A stretch of 64,000 bases of DNA, taken from the NCBI RefSeq assembly GCF_006345805.1, contig NC_043001.1:67704001-67768000 (forward strand). Reading direction: 5' to 3'. The DNA comes from Octopus sinensis. Its lineage: Eukaryota. Positions 1 through 10,686 of the stretch are shown here, piece by piece; within the stretch, counting starts at the first letter, position 1, and each line of letters opens with the position of its first letter. The position numbers and the translations under genes are program-made. The notes below the pieces were generated by a model. That model was not told the origin of the DNA and made no database searches. It saw only the letters and a program-made list of their open reading frames with translations.

Positions 1-1101
1 GGGTTTAGAGGAGAGAATTGATAATTGTCCACAAGGGACGAACATAGAGGGGTCGGGGTGTGGAATTCGCCAACGAAGCTCAACAGCCAGAATGGGCTGA
101 AGTATTTGTGAGAGTTTTAAGTCCCCTAGGAAGGAGGAAGTTTTGGTCGTCTCTCAATCTCATTCTGGCCATGGTCCTCTTTAATTCAATGCGAAATTGT
201 TATGGTTGTAACATATCTGATATCCTCACTGCTTGAGAGACACATTAGGAATGATCTCGTTTGAGATTACAACCATCTTTGGCTAGTTTGACCCTGTTGT
301 GTCCACTGCTCTGATTGGTTGGTATTCAGCGCAGTTTGTCTTTCGACTTATTTTGCGCCAGTGTGTAAGCCAACCAATCACAGCCTTTGGATAGGGTCTC
401 GTGACACTTTCTCTGATCCTTCATTTTGAGCCTACCACAGACTATAAATAGGCTAGCATTCACTATTCTAAGTCTTTCAGCTTCAGACCTTCTAAGGTCT
501 AGTCACTGACCACAGAGCTACTCAGCCATGTTCCTGTTCGAGCAACAGACGACCAGTCAGCCGGCCAACCATGCTACTGCTCCAGCCATGAAGATGCTAT
601 TATACACCAGCGACAGACAGGGCTTTCTCCGTCTCTGCCGCCATCATCACCATCGTCATCTACTTCAACATGTACACATCAACATCTACACAGGTTATAA
701 CTCATGCTGTTTGTGAATATTCACCCTGGTAACACAGTCAAAGTCTACCTGAAGAACTATCTGTATCAAGAGACTCGGCTCAGCATTGAAGCCCCAACCG
801 CAGCACGACATGTGCCTCAACTGGCCTCTGCCTTGTGACCTCCAGCATCTTGTTATAGAACTTGCTATTGTGTACCTCATGGACTGGTAAACTAATTCCA
901 TCTTAACTCGATATGCTGAGACGTATCTTATGCTCTGTATTTCTGTTGTATATGCATACACCTTTATCTGTAACTTCTGTCACACACACGAACACACAGA
1001 CACAAATACTTATCGCATGCATCCATATGCTACACTTTGCTAGCACTCACACACTTTCTCTTTGTACACTTTGTAAATAAAGTCTTCTTCCCTCTCAAAC
1101 A
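1..1101 (+). mobile_element. LTR-like sequence (solo or 3' LTR; 5' end outside window)
   Basis: Inverted CCAAT-box pair (CTGATTGGTTGG ~311, CCAACCAATCAC ~371), TATAAATA ~443, AATAAA ~1076, and an end in ...CTCAAACA at 1101 followed by a composition change. No PBS or gag/pol follows. Confidence 0.45.
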
Positions 1102-1464
1102 GTAGAACGGTTGTCGTCCATCATTTATTCTTTTGGCACTGTATTCTATATCATGTATTTGGCTTCATATTTTGTTAGGGATGACCGTGCGGCATTCAAA
1201 AGGAGACATTTGTCACCGACTCCTTACGTACAGTTGTATTTCTTACATGGTCCCCATGCTAATTTAAGTTTTTATCCCCACACTATCCCTCAAATTAATG
1301 CATCTAGAGAAGTAGAAAGAAGCATTAAAAGTTGTAGTTTTTGCATCAAACATCCACCCCACTTGTAAATAAAAAAAAATAGTTGAATAAATCTTTCATT
1401 TAAATAAATTTATCTACATTAACAAAGCAAAAAATATAACAATTTCAGTTTATATTGCCTGATT

Positions 1465-3242
1465 TCAATGGGATCCCTGTGACTGATGCAGGATTACCCA
1501 CTTGTTAATGTTTGGTTTCAAAGCTGTCAGTGAGATATGTTAATCCCCTCTTCTTTCTACGTCAAGGCGATTTCAAGTCTTTGACAGCAGACACATCACC
1601 CAACTGAAACCTGACTCAACTAAATAAGATGTGGGGAAAAGCAAGTAAAAGCAACTTAACGTTTTTTCAGAGTAATGGGTACTTTTTAGAGATTTCTTCA
1701 TACATCCACAGCTTCTGGTATCCTCCATACTTGAACCTTGCTAGAGCTGCTGTGTTATTTTGAAGTTCAATGAAGCTTTCTTGTATGTCAGTATTGACTT
1801 CAGATGGATCAACAGCGAAGGGATTCACAAACCACTGTGGCACCGTCATTTGGAGTAGATCAGAGAAGCAAATTTCTATATCATTATGTAACTGCTTCAA
1901 ACGATTAACGTAATCTGTTGAGTTATCATCAAGCAGCTTGGTGGATATGCTTGCTAAGGAACAAAGCTGTGCAAATTCCCATCTTCCAAGATTCAGCCAG
2001 AATAACTTTAGTTTCCCGTTGAAGGTTTTAATTTTCTCTTTGCCAGAAAACAAAGTGGTGTTATTTCCTTGAAGTTCTATATTAAGGACATTTAACCTTT
2101 CTAGTATGTCAGACAAGTAAAAAAAATATCACTCAATGCATCAACAAGTTTCTCTCTAAGTTCTGTTTCACTCAAAAAAAAGGAAAGATAACTGTGTTCC
2201 AAAGTGCATGGAGGCAATTACTCTTGGATAGCCATCTGACTTCTGTATGCAACACAAGTCGTTCAAATTCCTTGTTGTTATTTTCACATAACTGTTCAAG
2301 AGGCGATCTTACAGTGCATTTTTTTTTTTATCAAATTGACAGTTTTGATAACATTTATAAGTGCATCATTCAAAGTCCTGCCATGTGTTTGGCAACCAGA
2401 TGCTGTTAATGAAGAACACAATGCACCCAAAGCACATTAGGAACAGCTTTTTTAAAGTAAGCACTGAATCCTCAATATCTTCCAATCATAGCAGCAGCCC
2501 CATCTGTTGCACAAGCCACAATGTTCTTCAATGGGATGTTGTTCTCTTCAAAATAGGCCTCAAGTCTTTTGAAGATGGACTCCCCTTTTGTGTCAGTCAT
2601 TAATTTCAAAGCAAAAAGCAATTCTTGACATGTATCATTAACATTAAGAAACCTAACAAATTCCATTAAAAAAGGCAGAATTATCAGGTAGAGTTGATTC
2701 ATCTATTTGAAGTGAGAACTCATTTACCCTAAGTTTTGAAACTAATTGGCTTTCAACATCAGCTGCCATTTCATCAATCCGTCATGATGCTGATGAGTTG
2801 CTCAGAGAAATAACACTAGTAACCTCTTGTGGACTCTGATCCATGACTGTTGAAAGCACTACAGCCACTGCAAGCATAATCAAAGATTCACCAATGGTGT
2901 GAGACTAACCAGCTTTTGCAATTAAATTTCTATCTTATAAGAAGCCAACATTCCTTTGTCTACTTTTGCTGCTTTTTGAGTGAACATTTGATTCACTGTC
3001 ATCCTTCCTTGAAACTTATCATCACATAACCTTTTGAAGAAATCTAGTGGCTTGTCTTTTTTATCTCTGTGGGCAGTCTCCAGATGTTTTTTAGTTTGCA
3101 GGGACATATACTTTCATTTGAGAACAAAATCATGCATAGCAAACACATAGGCTTGGTAGAATTTTGTGGAGATTTAATGAATCCATAAGCAAGATATTCG
3201 ACAGAATATTGTCTACACTTTTTTTTTAGATATACTTGCCAT
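1465..3242 (-). pseudogene. Degenerate hAT (Charlie/Buster, SCAND3/ZBED-like) transposase spanning start to stop, with frameshifts and stops
   Basis: ATG at 3242 gives MASISKKK/CRQYSVEYLAYGF..PMCLLC (BED-like), KHLETAHRDKKDKPLDFFKRL, ACATDGAAAMIGRY (catalytic D), QWFVNPF, and C-terminal PNINKWVILHQSQGSH* (TGA 1467-1465). Confidence 0.85.
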
Positions 3243-4689
3243 GTTTATTTGAAATAATAAACAAATATTTTCAAAACAGTTGAATAAACAAGAGGTTAGT
3301 TTCAAGTCTTTTCATCAGGGATGAATACAGAGTAAGGTAAACCGATATATCCTTTTTAGCCAAGAATAAAATTAGATCTAAAACCAAGTTTATCAAGTTA
3401 ATACATTACGCAGTTAACTAAATCAAAGGCTTTAGTAATCCAGAAAAACAGATTAATATTTATGCTTATAAAAAGATGAAAATAACAGGACAAAAATTTA
3501 TCATTCCCTTTTCAGTTGACAATCCAGAAAGAAAATTAATTTGATGAAAAGAAACTAAATTATAAAAGTGATAGCTAAAGCAAGTGAGTTGGTAAACTCA
3601 TTGAGAAAATAGGGCTGGTTTATAGTTGAATCAAACTCGAATTGTCAAAAAGGATTAGCGAAGTGTATTGTAAATGTATTATCTTTTTTAAAGAAAAATG
3701 GTTTTATAATATATTTTGTTATATTCTGTTAAACATAGTTCAATATTAAATTTTACTCTAATTAAATTAAGTATATAATACTATTCAGTGACCAATTATT
3801 GAATTATTAAATTGATTAATAATTTAATAGTTGTATAAAAGTGAATATAAGAATGACTTCATCTAGTTTTCTAATGAATTGTCTGTTTGCTTTCGGGGTG
3901 CCTTCAGTCTCTCACTTTCCTCTTGATTGCCCATCTTAGTTTGAATGCTTCTCAAAGCCCTTATTAATTATAGTTTTTTTAAAAAAATAAATCCTATACT
4001 CGTATGTGAAGAAACAGTTTTCCTGACCGCTTGGGTCCAGTTTGAATGTTTGATCAATGATTTAACTTGGTGGATCGACCTTTCCACCCTCACTTCTGAC
4101 CCTATTGACCTAGATGGAATATTTATGATAATTAAAGTAACTTATAAAAACTTAGGTAAAATGAAGTAAAAAGAAGTAGATACTTGCACACTAATGATGC
4201 AGAAAAATATAATTATACAGGCAAGTACGGAATCAAGAGCAGAAGTAGGATGAGATAAGCAGAGAGAGAGAAGAAGAAGAAGAAGTGGCATAATTTGACA
4301 AAGCAAAAAAGGAAAATGAGAGTTGTGCGGATGTTAACCAGTTAGCATGGACGTTGTTGATTGGATGGATTTTCCATGTCGTCAATAATGTTGAAGTAGT
4401 GTTTTGATTAATAACTGTGACTTTACCTTCTGAACTGTCCATTATGTATGTATGTTTTGGAGTTTTAAAATTTTAGAGCAATTTGGTACGATGCAATGAT
4501 ATGTAGCTGTTCATCTTACAAACCAGACATATAACACTCAAAATCTAATATTCTAACATGTGTTCTTTAGGTACATATATGAGTGTAATAGAAAATTACT
4601 ACATAAGGATGATACATCATAATTATAAATGCATATACATGTGTTTCTTATATATATATATATATATATTTGTGTGTGTGTGTGTGTGT

Positions 4690-4779
4690 AATGTGCATTT
4701 TTCAAACTTAGATTTGTGGTCCTCAAGATATATTTCATGGTCCCCTAGGGGGACATATGGCTCCCATTGAGAAACCCTG
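4690..4779 (-). mobile_element. Charlie-type hAT terminal inverted repeat, probably the 5' end of the upstream transposase element
   Basis: TTGAGAAACCCTG at 4767-4779 (minus strand CAGGGTTTCTCAA), immediately followed by GTCTAGAT, the NTCTAGAN target consensus of Charlie elements. The partner TIR was not found. Confidence 0.6.
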
Positions 4780-4839
4780 GTCTAGATGATAAACATACCC
4801 CATACTTCCTCCCTCCCAGAATGTAGACAGTGGAAAGAG

Positions 4840-5095
4840 AATAAAGATGATAGTCATATAATGTTGGGAGAGTCGGACTCTAAAGTCTGAGAAAGAGAAA
4901 GTAAAGATAGCTGTTATACAATCTGATAGGGAAGAAAGAAAAATGTTAGAATTGCCGTACAGTCTCAGAGGGAACTGTTAGATGATAGAATTGCTGTACA
5001 ATCTGGAGGGGAGGAAATATAGACGACATAGCAAAGAAGACTGCTATAGACAATGAAGGTGAGAGAGTGTAGGTGATAGAATTGCTCTACAATTT
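4840..5095. repeat. Degenerate tandem repeat (GATAGAATTGCTGTACAATCT-like core)
   Basis: The core recurs with variation near 4906, 4946, 4983 and 5076. Confidence 0.4.
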
Positions 5096-5099
5096 ACTA

Positions 5100-5860
5100 T
5101 TATTTTTTTTTAACATCAGGTAAGAATTTGGTGGGATATTGAGATGGGAATTGCCAAAACTAGAAGTCTTCTAATTTACTGTCCTTAGTTGTTGTAACGA
5201 TGTTATTACAAATTTGTTCAAGCCGGCCGCTAACAAAGCAACAAAACTTTTTGAGTTAAGAGAGCAACCAGTGCTTGTAAATAAGTTGAGTTGGTGTGTT
5301 GGTTGAGCTGTTGATGCACACAACCAAGTGTGTGCATCTATTCACTTAAAGAATCTCAGATGAAAAATCTTTAGAATGTCTTACAAATCTTCACTATACC
5401 ACTAATAGATTGGATTTGGAGAATTCGCTTCAGTTTCTTTTGCTCTTTCTTCAAAAAACCTAATATTTCTAAGTTTTTGTGTAAACTTCTTTGTACATAA
5501 CCCAGTGCCCCTACAATGATAGGAACAAATGAGAATTTAGTCAAGATAAAAGAGCTCTAAATTATGCATTAATTCACCATAAATGTTCTCTTTTTCCTGG
5601 ACTTTTGATCGTACATTCATATCCAGTGGGTAGCTGACCTCCACAAAAGTGCGTAATTTTTGTTCCTTATCCCACAGAACAGTATCCAGTCTGTTATGTT
5701 TGCACCGAATTGCTCTTTTTTATTGGAGTGCTCCACCAGTATTCCTTGTTTTTGAAGGTGTGAATACATGCTGGTTCTAATATGCATTGGATGTATACGT
5801 CAGGATAGTATTGTAAATAGTTTTTGCAACTATATCATGTCTCAGATGCAGGTAGTATCT
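5100..5860 (-). mobile_element. 3' fragment of an R4/Dong-like non-LTR retrotransposon (restriction-like endonuclease region), decayed
   Basis: Across frameshifts the minus strand reads RYYLHLRHDIVAKTIYN, KNKEYWW, HNRLDTVLWDKEQK..VEVSYPLD..KVQEKENIYGEL, VPIIVGALG and LQIQSISGIVKICKTF. An A/TAA-rich tail lies at ~5100-5111. Confidence 0.65.
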
Positions 5861-6181
5861 TTATGTATGTATGTGTAGCAGGAATTCAGAAACAAATCCC
5901 TGTATATGCAGTTGGGCATCATGAGCAAAGCACCATAGTTTCACACGATTGGTGCATTAACCGACTAATCAATGTGAAGCGATGGCACGAACAGGCTTTT
6001 TTGAACATTCTAGAATTTGACATCTGGTCCCCTATAATAAATGTTTGGCGTGCATTTTTATCTGTAGACGACCAGGAAGGCGGCTGAGATAGCACAGATA
6101 GATGACAAGAAACTCCGTCGTCACAAATGTAGCACAGTTGTTTCCAGATATGCTGGGCGAATCGCATGCCATAAACTTAAA
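5861..6181 (-). other. 321-bp CpG-rich insertion flanked by a 9-bp direct repeat (GTAGTATCT), with a (CATA)n tail on the minus strand
   Basis: GTAGTATCT occurs at 5852-5860 and 6182-6190; TATGTATGTATG is at the left end. Confidence 0.4.
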
Positions 6182-6424
6182 GTAGTATCTATCTCCCTGT
6201 ATATAATTATTGCTGTTGTTATCTGTAAGAGACCAACGCAGTTTGTCTTTATGTGTGATAATACAATCATCTGTTTAATGTTCACAAGTATTGTTCAATT
6301 ACTTCTACACAGCTCAAGAAACATTCATTCATGAACCAACCAGTCACCACCACAGACCAAACCACAACCTAGAGGACGTAATGTACATTCGTACTTATGT
6401 ATGTATGTCGACACTACTTGACAA

Positions 6425-6590
6425 CTGGTATTGGTTTGTTTACATCCCCATAACTGAGTGGCTCGGCATAACAGATTGAGAGAATAAGTACGTGGCTTAA
6501 AAGGAGTACGAGGTCAATTTGTTCAAATAAAACCTTTCAGCATGGCCGCAGTCCAATGACTGAAACAAACAAAAGACAACAGATTCTAAT
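6425..6590 (+). mobile_element. 3' half of the abundant microsatellite-containing SINE family
   Basis: GTTTACATCCCC..AGAATAAGTAC..CAGCATGGCCGCAGTCCAATGACTGAAACA, as in the full copies at 16607 and 60487. Confidence 0.65.
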
Positions 6591-7325
6591 AACAGAAGAA
6601 TATCCACTCTTAAAGAATAGGTAAATAGAAAGTCGTGACATTTTTGCATGTCTTTAGAAGTTTAGCTGTTTCGTTCAATTGAAAACAGAAACCAGATGAA
6701 TTAGTTTTAAATGCATGTACAGTAGTATGAAAAAGATTTTTTTCAAGCTTTTTTTTTGCTCAAAGAACCCTCTAGATTCAATACCGTCATCATTTAATGC
6801 CTCCATGGGTCAAACAAAATTCGTTCATTAAGGCAGATTTTTCTAAAGTCGGACGTTATCCCTGTCGCCAGCACTCACTCGTTTCCAATCAAGATAATGT
6901 TTCCCCACGGTCAAGCATGTTTTCACGGATTAGAATTCAACGACACTGCTTGTCAAGGATACATCCCCCCCACACACACACTATACCATTGTATTTGACA
7001 TAAAAATCAGTCAGTTTTGTTTATTGATTTCCTCTGTTTCCTGAAATATTCGACTCACCGTCCATCTTTTACATTTCATGTCTAACCTGTTGAACAATAA
7101 AAGCTACGTTAACGAGCTGCAGTTAACTAACTGAACACATAATATGGTACTTGTCTATTGTCGTGGTCCCGGTTTCTCACACGCGAATTCGCGCGTGCGC
7201 GCGCGCCAGACGTAGGTACTCGATACTCGAGATCCTACGAGGTGACTTGCGCATGCGCAGTGCAGAATTCGCGCATGCGTGTTACCCCCCACCCCCTAAA
7301 AAAAAGGTGTTGGATTTCACTAAAA

Positions 7326-7368
<43 letters not shown>

Positions 7369-7655
7369 ACATTTTCAATTTTACACAAAAAAATTACATA
7401 GTCGCTTTCCTCGCGGATTTACAGATAAATGAATTAATTACTATTTTACAGAATAAAATTAATGAATTAATTATATAAATTAAATAATTCTTGAAAATTA
7501 ATTAATATTAATAATATTTTTTGAACAAAGTAAATAATTTATAAAACTTGGTTAATAATTTTTTTTACACAAACGCGAACGTATATAATTTGTGAAACTT
7601 TTTTTTTTTTTTACAGACGTATATAATTTGGTAAACTTAATGAATTAATTTCTTC

Positions 7656-8078
7656 TCATCATCATCATCGTTTAACGTCCGTTCTCCATGCCAGCATGGG
7701 TTGGACGGTTCGACCGGGGATCTGGGAAGCCAGAAGGCTGCACCAGACTCCAGTCTTATCTGGCAATGTTTCTACAGCTGGATGCCCTTCCTAACGCCAA
7801 CCACTCCGAGAGTGTAGTGGGTGCTTTTTACATGCCACCCGCACAGGTGCCAGGAGAGGCTGGCAACGGCCACGGTCGGATTGGTGCCAGTCGAGGCGGC
7901 TCTGGCATCGGCCACGATTCGGATAGTGCTTTTTACGTACCACCAGTCCAGGGGTCCTGGCATTTGCCGGGTGCCACACTTGCCCCAACATGTCTTCGCA
8001 AGCAAAGGGGGTTGGCGTGGGTGCCTGTCGTGGGATGAGGTTCGATATCAACTTCGCTTGCCTCAACAGGTCTTTGTG
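7656..8078 (-). mobile_element. RTE-type LINE 3' UTR fragment nested in the left foldback arm
   Basis: Same 3' end and (GAT)n tail as the RT-containing LINE copies at 12558 and 50760. Confidence 0.8.
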
Positions 8079-9117
8079 TATAAATGTATAAATTTTTCGC
8101 ACTAAATTCTTTCCGTAGAATTTATCAAAAAACGCGCAAAATTATTCCGTAGAATTTATCAAATTAAAAAACGCAAAATTAATATATTTTTTGAAATTGC
8201 AAATTATTTAGAATATAAAACAAATGAAGTTAAATTTTAAAAATAAATGTCATATACTTATACTCTGTAAGGTGCTGTGTTCACACTTCAATTTACTATT
8301 TTCTAGAAATGCTGCTTTTCTAATTGAAACAATTTTTGTCAATCTCCATTTAAAAGTCCATCATGTCTCTTGAGACATATCAAAATGAACAACTTTGAAT
8401 TACGCGGCGGTGGTGGTGGTGGTGGTGGTGGTGTGAGGTTCTAATTTTTTTTTCTGATCTCTCTTTGCCCCCTCTTTATCTCAGTTGTTCATTCCGCTAA
8501 TATTTAGAAAAATTTTCGCGCCCAATTTTTGTTGTCGCGGGAAAAGATGAACGATTTAAAATAAATATATCTTAATTGTAGTGTGAGAAAGTATATATAT
8601 TCTGATGACAAAATATATTATCTTTCAAAAACATCCCAAATTTATAGACTATATCGTGTAGGTTTAAGAAATATATATATATATATATAAGAGAATGAAA
8701 CATCTTTCATCTGTCTCCCCACCACACCTCCATCTAGGGGGGCAAAGAGAGATCAGAAAAAAATTAGAACCTCACACCACCACCACCGCCGCCGCCGCGT
8801 AATTCAAAGTTGTTCATTTTGATATGGCTCAAGAGGCATTATGGACTTTTAAATGGAGATTGAGAAAAATTGTTTCAATTAGAAAAGCAACATTTCTAGA
8901 AAATAGTAAATTGAAATGTGAACACAGCACCTTACAGAGTATATGACATTTATTTTTAAAATTTAACTTCATTTGTTTTATATTCTAAATAATTTGCAAT
9001 TTCAAAAAATATATTAATTTTGCGTTCTTTAATTTGATAAATTCTACGGAATAATTTTGCGCGTTTTTTGATAAATTCTACGGAAAGAATTTAGTGCGAA
9101 AAATTTATACATTTATA

Positions 9118-9540
9118 CACAAAGACCTGTTGAGGCAAGCGAAGTTGATATCGAACCTCATCCCACGACAGGCACCCACGCCAACCCCCTTTGCTTGCGA
9201 AGACATGTTGGGGCAAGTGTGGCACCCGGCAAATGCCAGGACCCCTGGACTGGTGGTACGTAAAAAGCACTATCCGAATCGTGGCCGATGCCAGAGCCGC
9301 CTCGACTGGCACCAATCCGACCGTGGCCGTTGCCAGCCTCTCCTGGCACCTGTGCGGGTGGCATGTAAAAAGCACCCACTACACTCTCGGAGTGGTTGGC
9401 GTTAGGAAGGGCATCCAGCTGTAGAAACATTGCCAGATAAGACTGGAGTCTGGTGCAGCCTTCTGGCTTCCCAGATCCCCGGTCGAACCGTCCAACCCAT
9501 GCTGGCATGGAGAACGGACGTTAAACGATGATGATGATGA
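9118..9540 (+). mobile_element. Mirror copy of the RTE-type LINE 3' UTR fragment in the right foldback arm
   Basis: Reverse complement of 7656-8078; ends ...GGACGTTAAACGATGATGATGATGA. Confidence 0.8.
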
Positions 9541-9826
9541 GAAGAAATTAATTCATTAAGTTTACCAAATTATATACGTCTGTAAAAAAAAAAAAAGTTT
9601 CACAAATTATATACGTTCGCGTTTGTGTAAAAAAAATTATTAACCAAGTTTTATAAATTATTTACTTTGTTCAAAAAATATTATTAATATTAATTAATTT
9701 TCAAGAATTATTTAATTTATATAATTAATTCATTAATTTTATTCTGTAAAATAGTAATTAATTCATTTATCTGTAAATCCGCGAGGAAAGCGACTATGTA
9801 ATTTTTTTGTGTAAAATTGAAAATGT

Positions 9827-9867
<41 letters not shown>

Positions 9868-10419
9868 TTTTAGTGAAATCCAACACCTTTTTTTTAGGGG
9901 GTGGGGGGTAACGCGCATGCGCGAATTCTGCACTGCGCATGCGCAAGTCACCTCGTAGGATCTCGAGTATCGAGTACCTACGTCTGGCGCGCGCGCACGC
10001 GCGAATTCGCGTGTGAGAAACCGGGACCACGACAATAAAGTACAACATAATATAGTAATATGTTCAAATACCAGCGAGTTCAACTTGGCTTTTCATTCTT
10101 TAATCAACTTAATTTCTCCCTCAAAAATTGCCGGCCGACCACAGTGGTGATCCAGCATGACCGCAGCCGCATGGCAGAAACGAATAAACGAGTAGTACCA
10201 AAATTGGAAAAGGAAAATGTCAAGTGTCAAATTATTGTTTTCGTGCTAGAGGGAGTACAAAATTACCTCCCTTTAAGTAAAGGTATTATCTCCCTTGAAA
10301 GAAAAATAATTCGCTGTTAATCCGATTTTGCTGATTCGGTAAGATTTGCCTACCTGTGGTAACGGCATTCAAGCCATGACTATTTCGTCATTTTAGAAAT
10401 ATCTAGGCTACTTCATTGG

Positions 10420-10686
10420 GATATGTTGCCTTGGTACGCTACTGTAATCCAGTTACCTCGAAGTTTGGTTGATTGTCCGGTTTGAGGATGGGAATCTTGG
10501 TAGTCGGTCTTCTATAGCGACCGGGTGTCCGTGTTAAGTTCTGCATCAATATGGTGCTCATCAGACCCAGCTTGTCTCAGGAGGGTCGATTCAACCCAGG
10601 GCGAAAACACGGCAGGCAAAAGACCCCGTGTCGAGCAGTAGTGTGAATAGCCGTCAACTAGCAACCTCTTCGATATAATTGATTTT
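10420..10686 (+). ncRNA. 7SL: 7SL / SRP RNA-like gene (divergent paralog or pseudogene)
   Basis: Alu-domain CTGTAATCC; ACCGGGTGTCCGTGTTAAGTTCTGCATCAATATGGTG matches the conserved 7SL GGGTGTCCGCACTAAGTTCGGCATCAATATGGTG; AGGAGGG..CCCAGG..GCAGG helix-8 region; CAGTAGTG..GTGAATAGCC. The 3' end ATAATTGA pairs with 5' TTGATTGT and is followed by TTTT at 10683-10686. Confidence refers to homology, not function. Confidence 0.88.

Larger units (their letters stand above)
7146..10044. mobile_element. Non-autonomous foldback element (Mutator/FB-like): ~1.3-kb inverted arms, ~265-bp spacer, 9-bp TSD
   Basis: Arms 7146-8472 and 8738-10044 are near-identical reverse complements; the ORF track shows mirrored identical peptides. 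ACATAATAT sits at 7137-7145 and 10045-10053. Internal subrepeats include TTCCGTAGAATTTATCAAA at 8111 and 8145. No transposase. Confidence 0.85.

Noticed and set aside
1228-1260. CAGTTGTATTTCTT..ATGGTCCCC as the missing left TIR of the hAT element
   Set aside because: It is a weak match to CAGGGTTTCTCAA, and the flanking 8-mer does not match GTCTAGAT.
7182-7280. Terminal hairpin as an endogenous parvovirus/densovirus ITR or Polinton end
   Set aside because: There is no NS1/Rep, capsid or polB remnant between the arms, and the 9-bp TSD fits a Mutator-type element better.
7146-10044. Palindrome as an assembly or fold-back read artefact
   Set aside because: The arms differ by substitutions and indels, there is a unique 265-bp spacer, and a 9-bp TSD sits at the boundaries. 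Read-level confirmation is still advisable.
7151-10083. Mirrored ORFs of 72-116 aa in the foldback arms as protein-coding genes
   Set aside because: They are read-throughs of a LINE 3' UTR and microsatellites, have no recognisable domain, and are duplicated only because of the palindrome.
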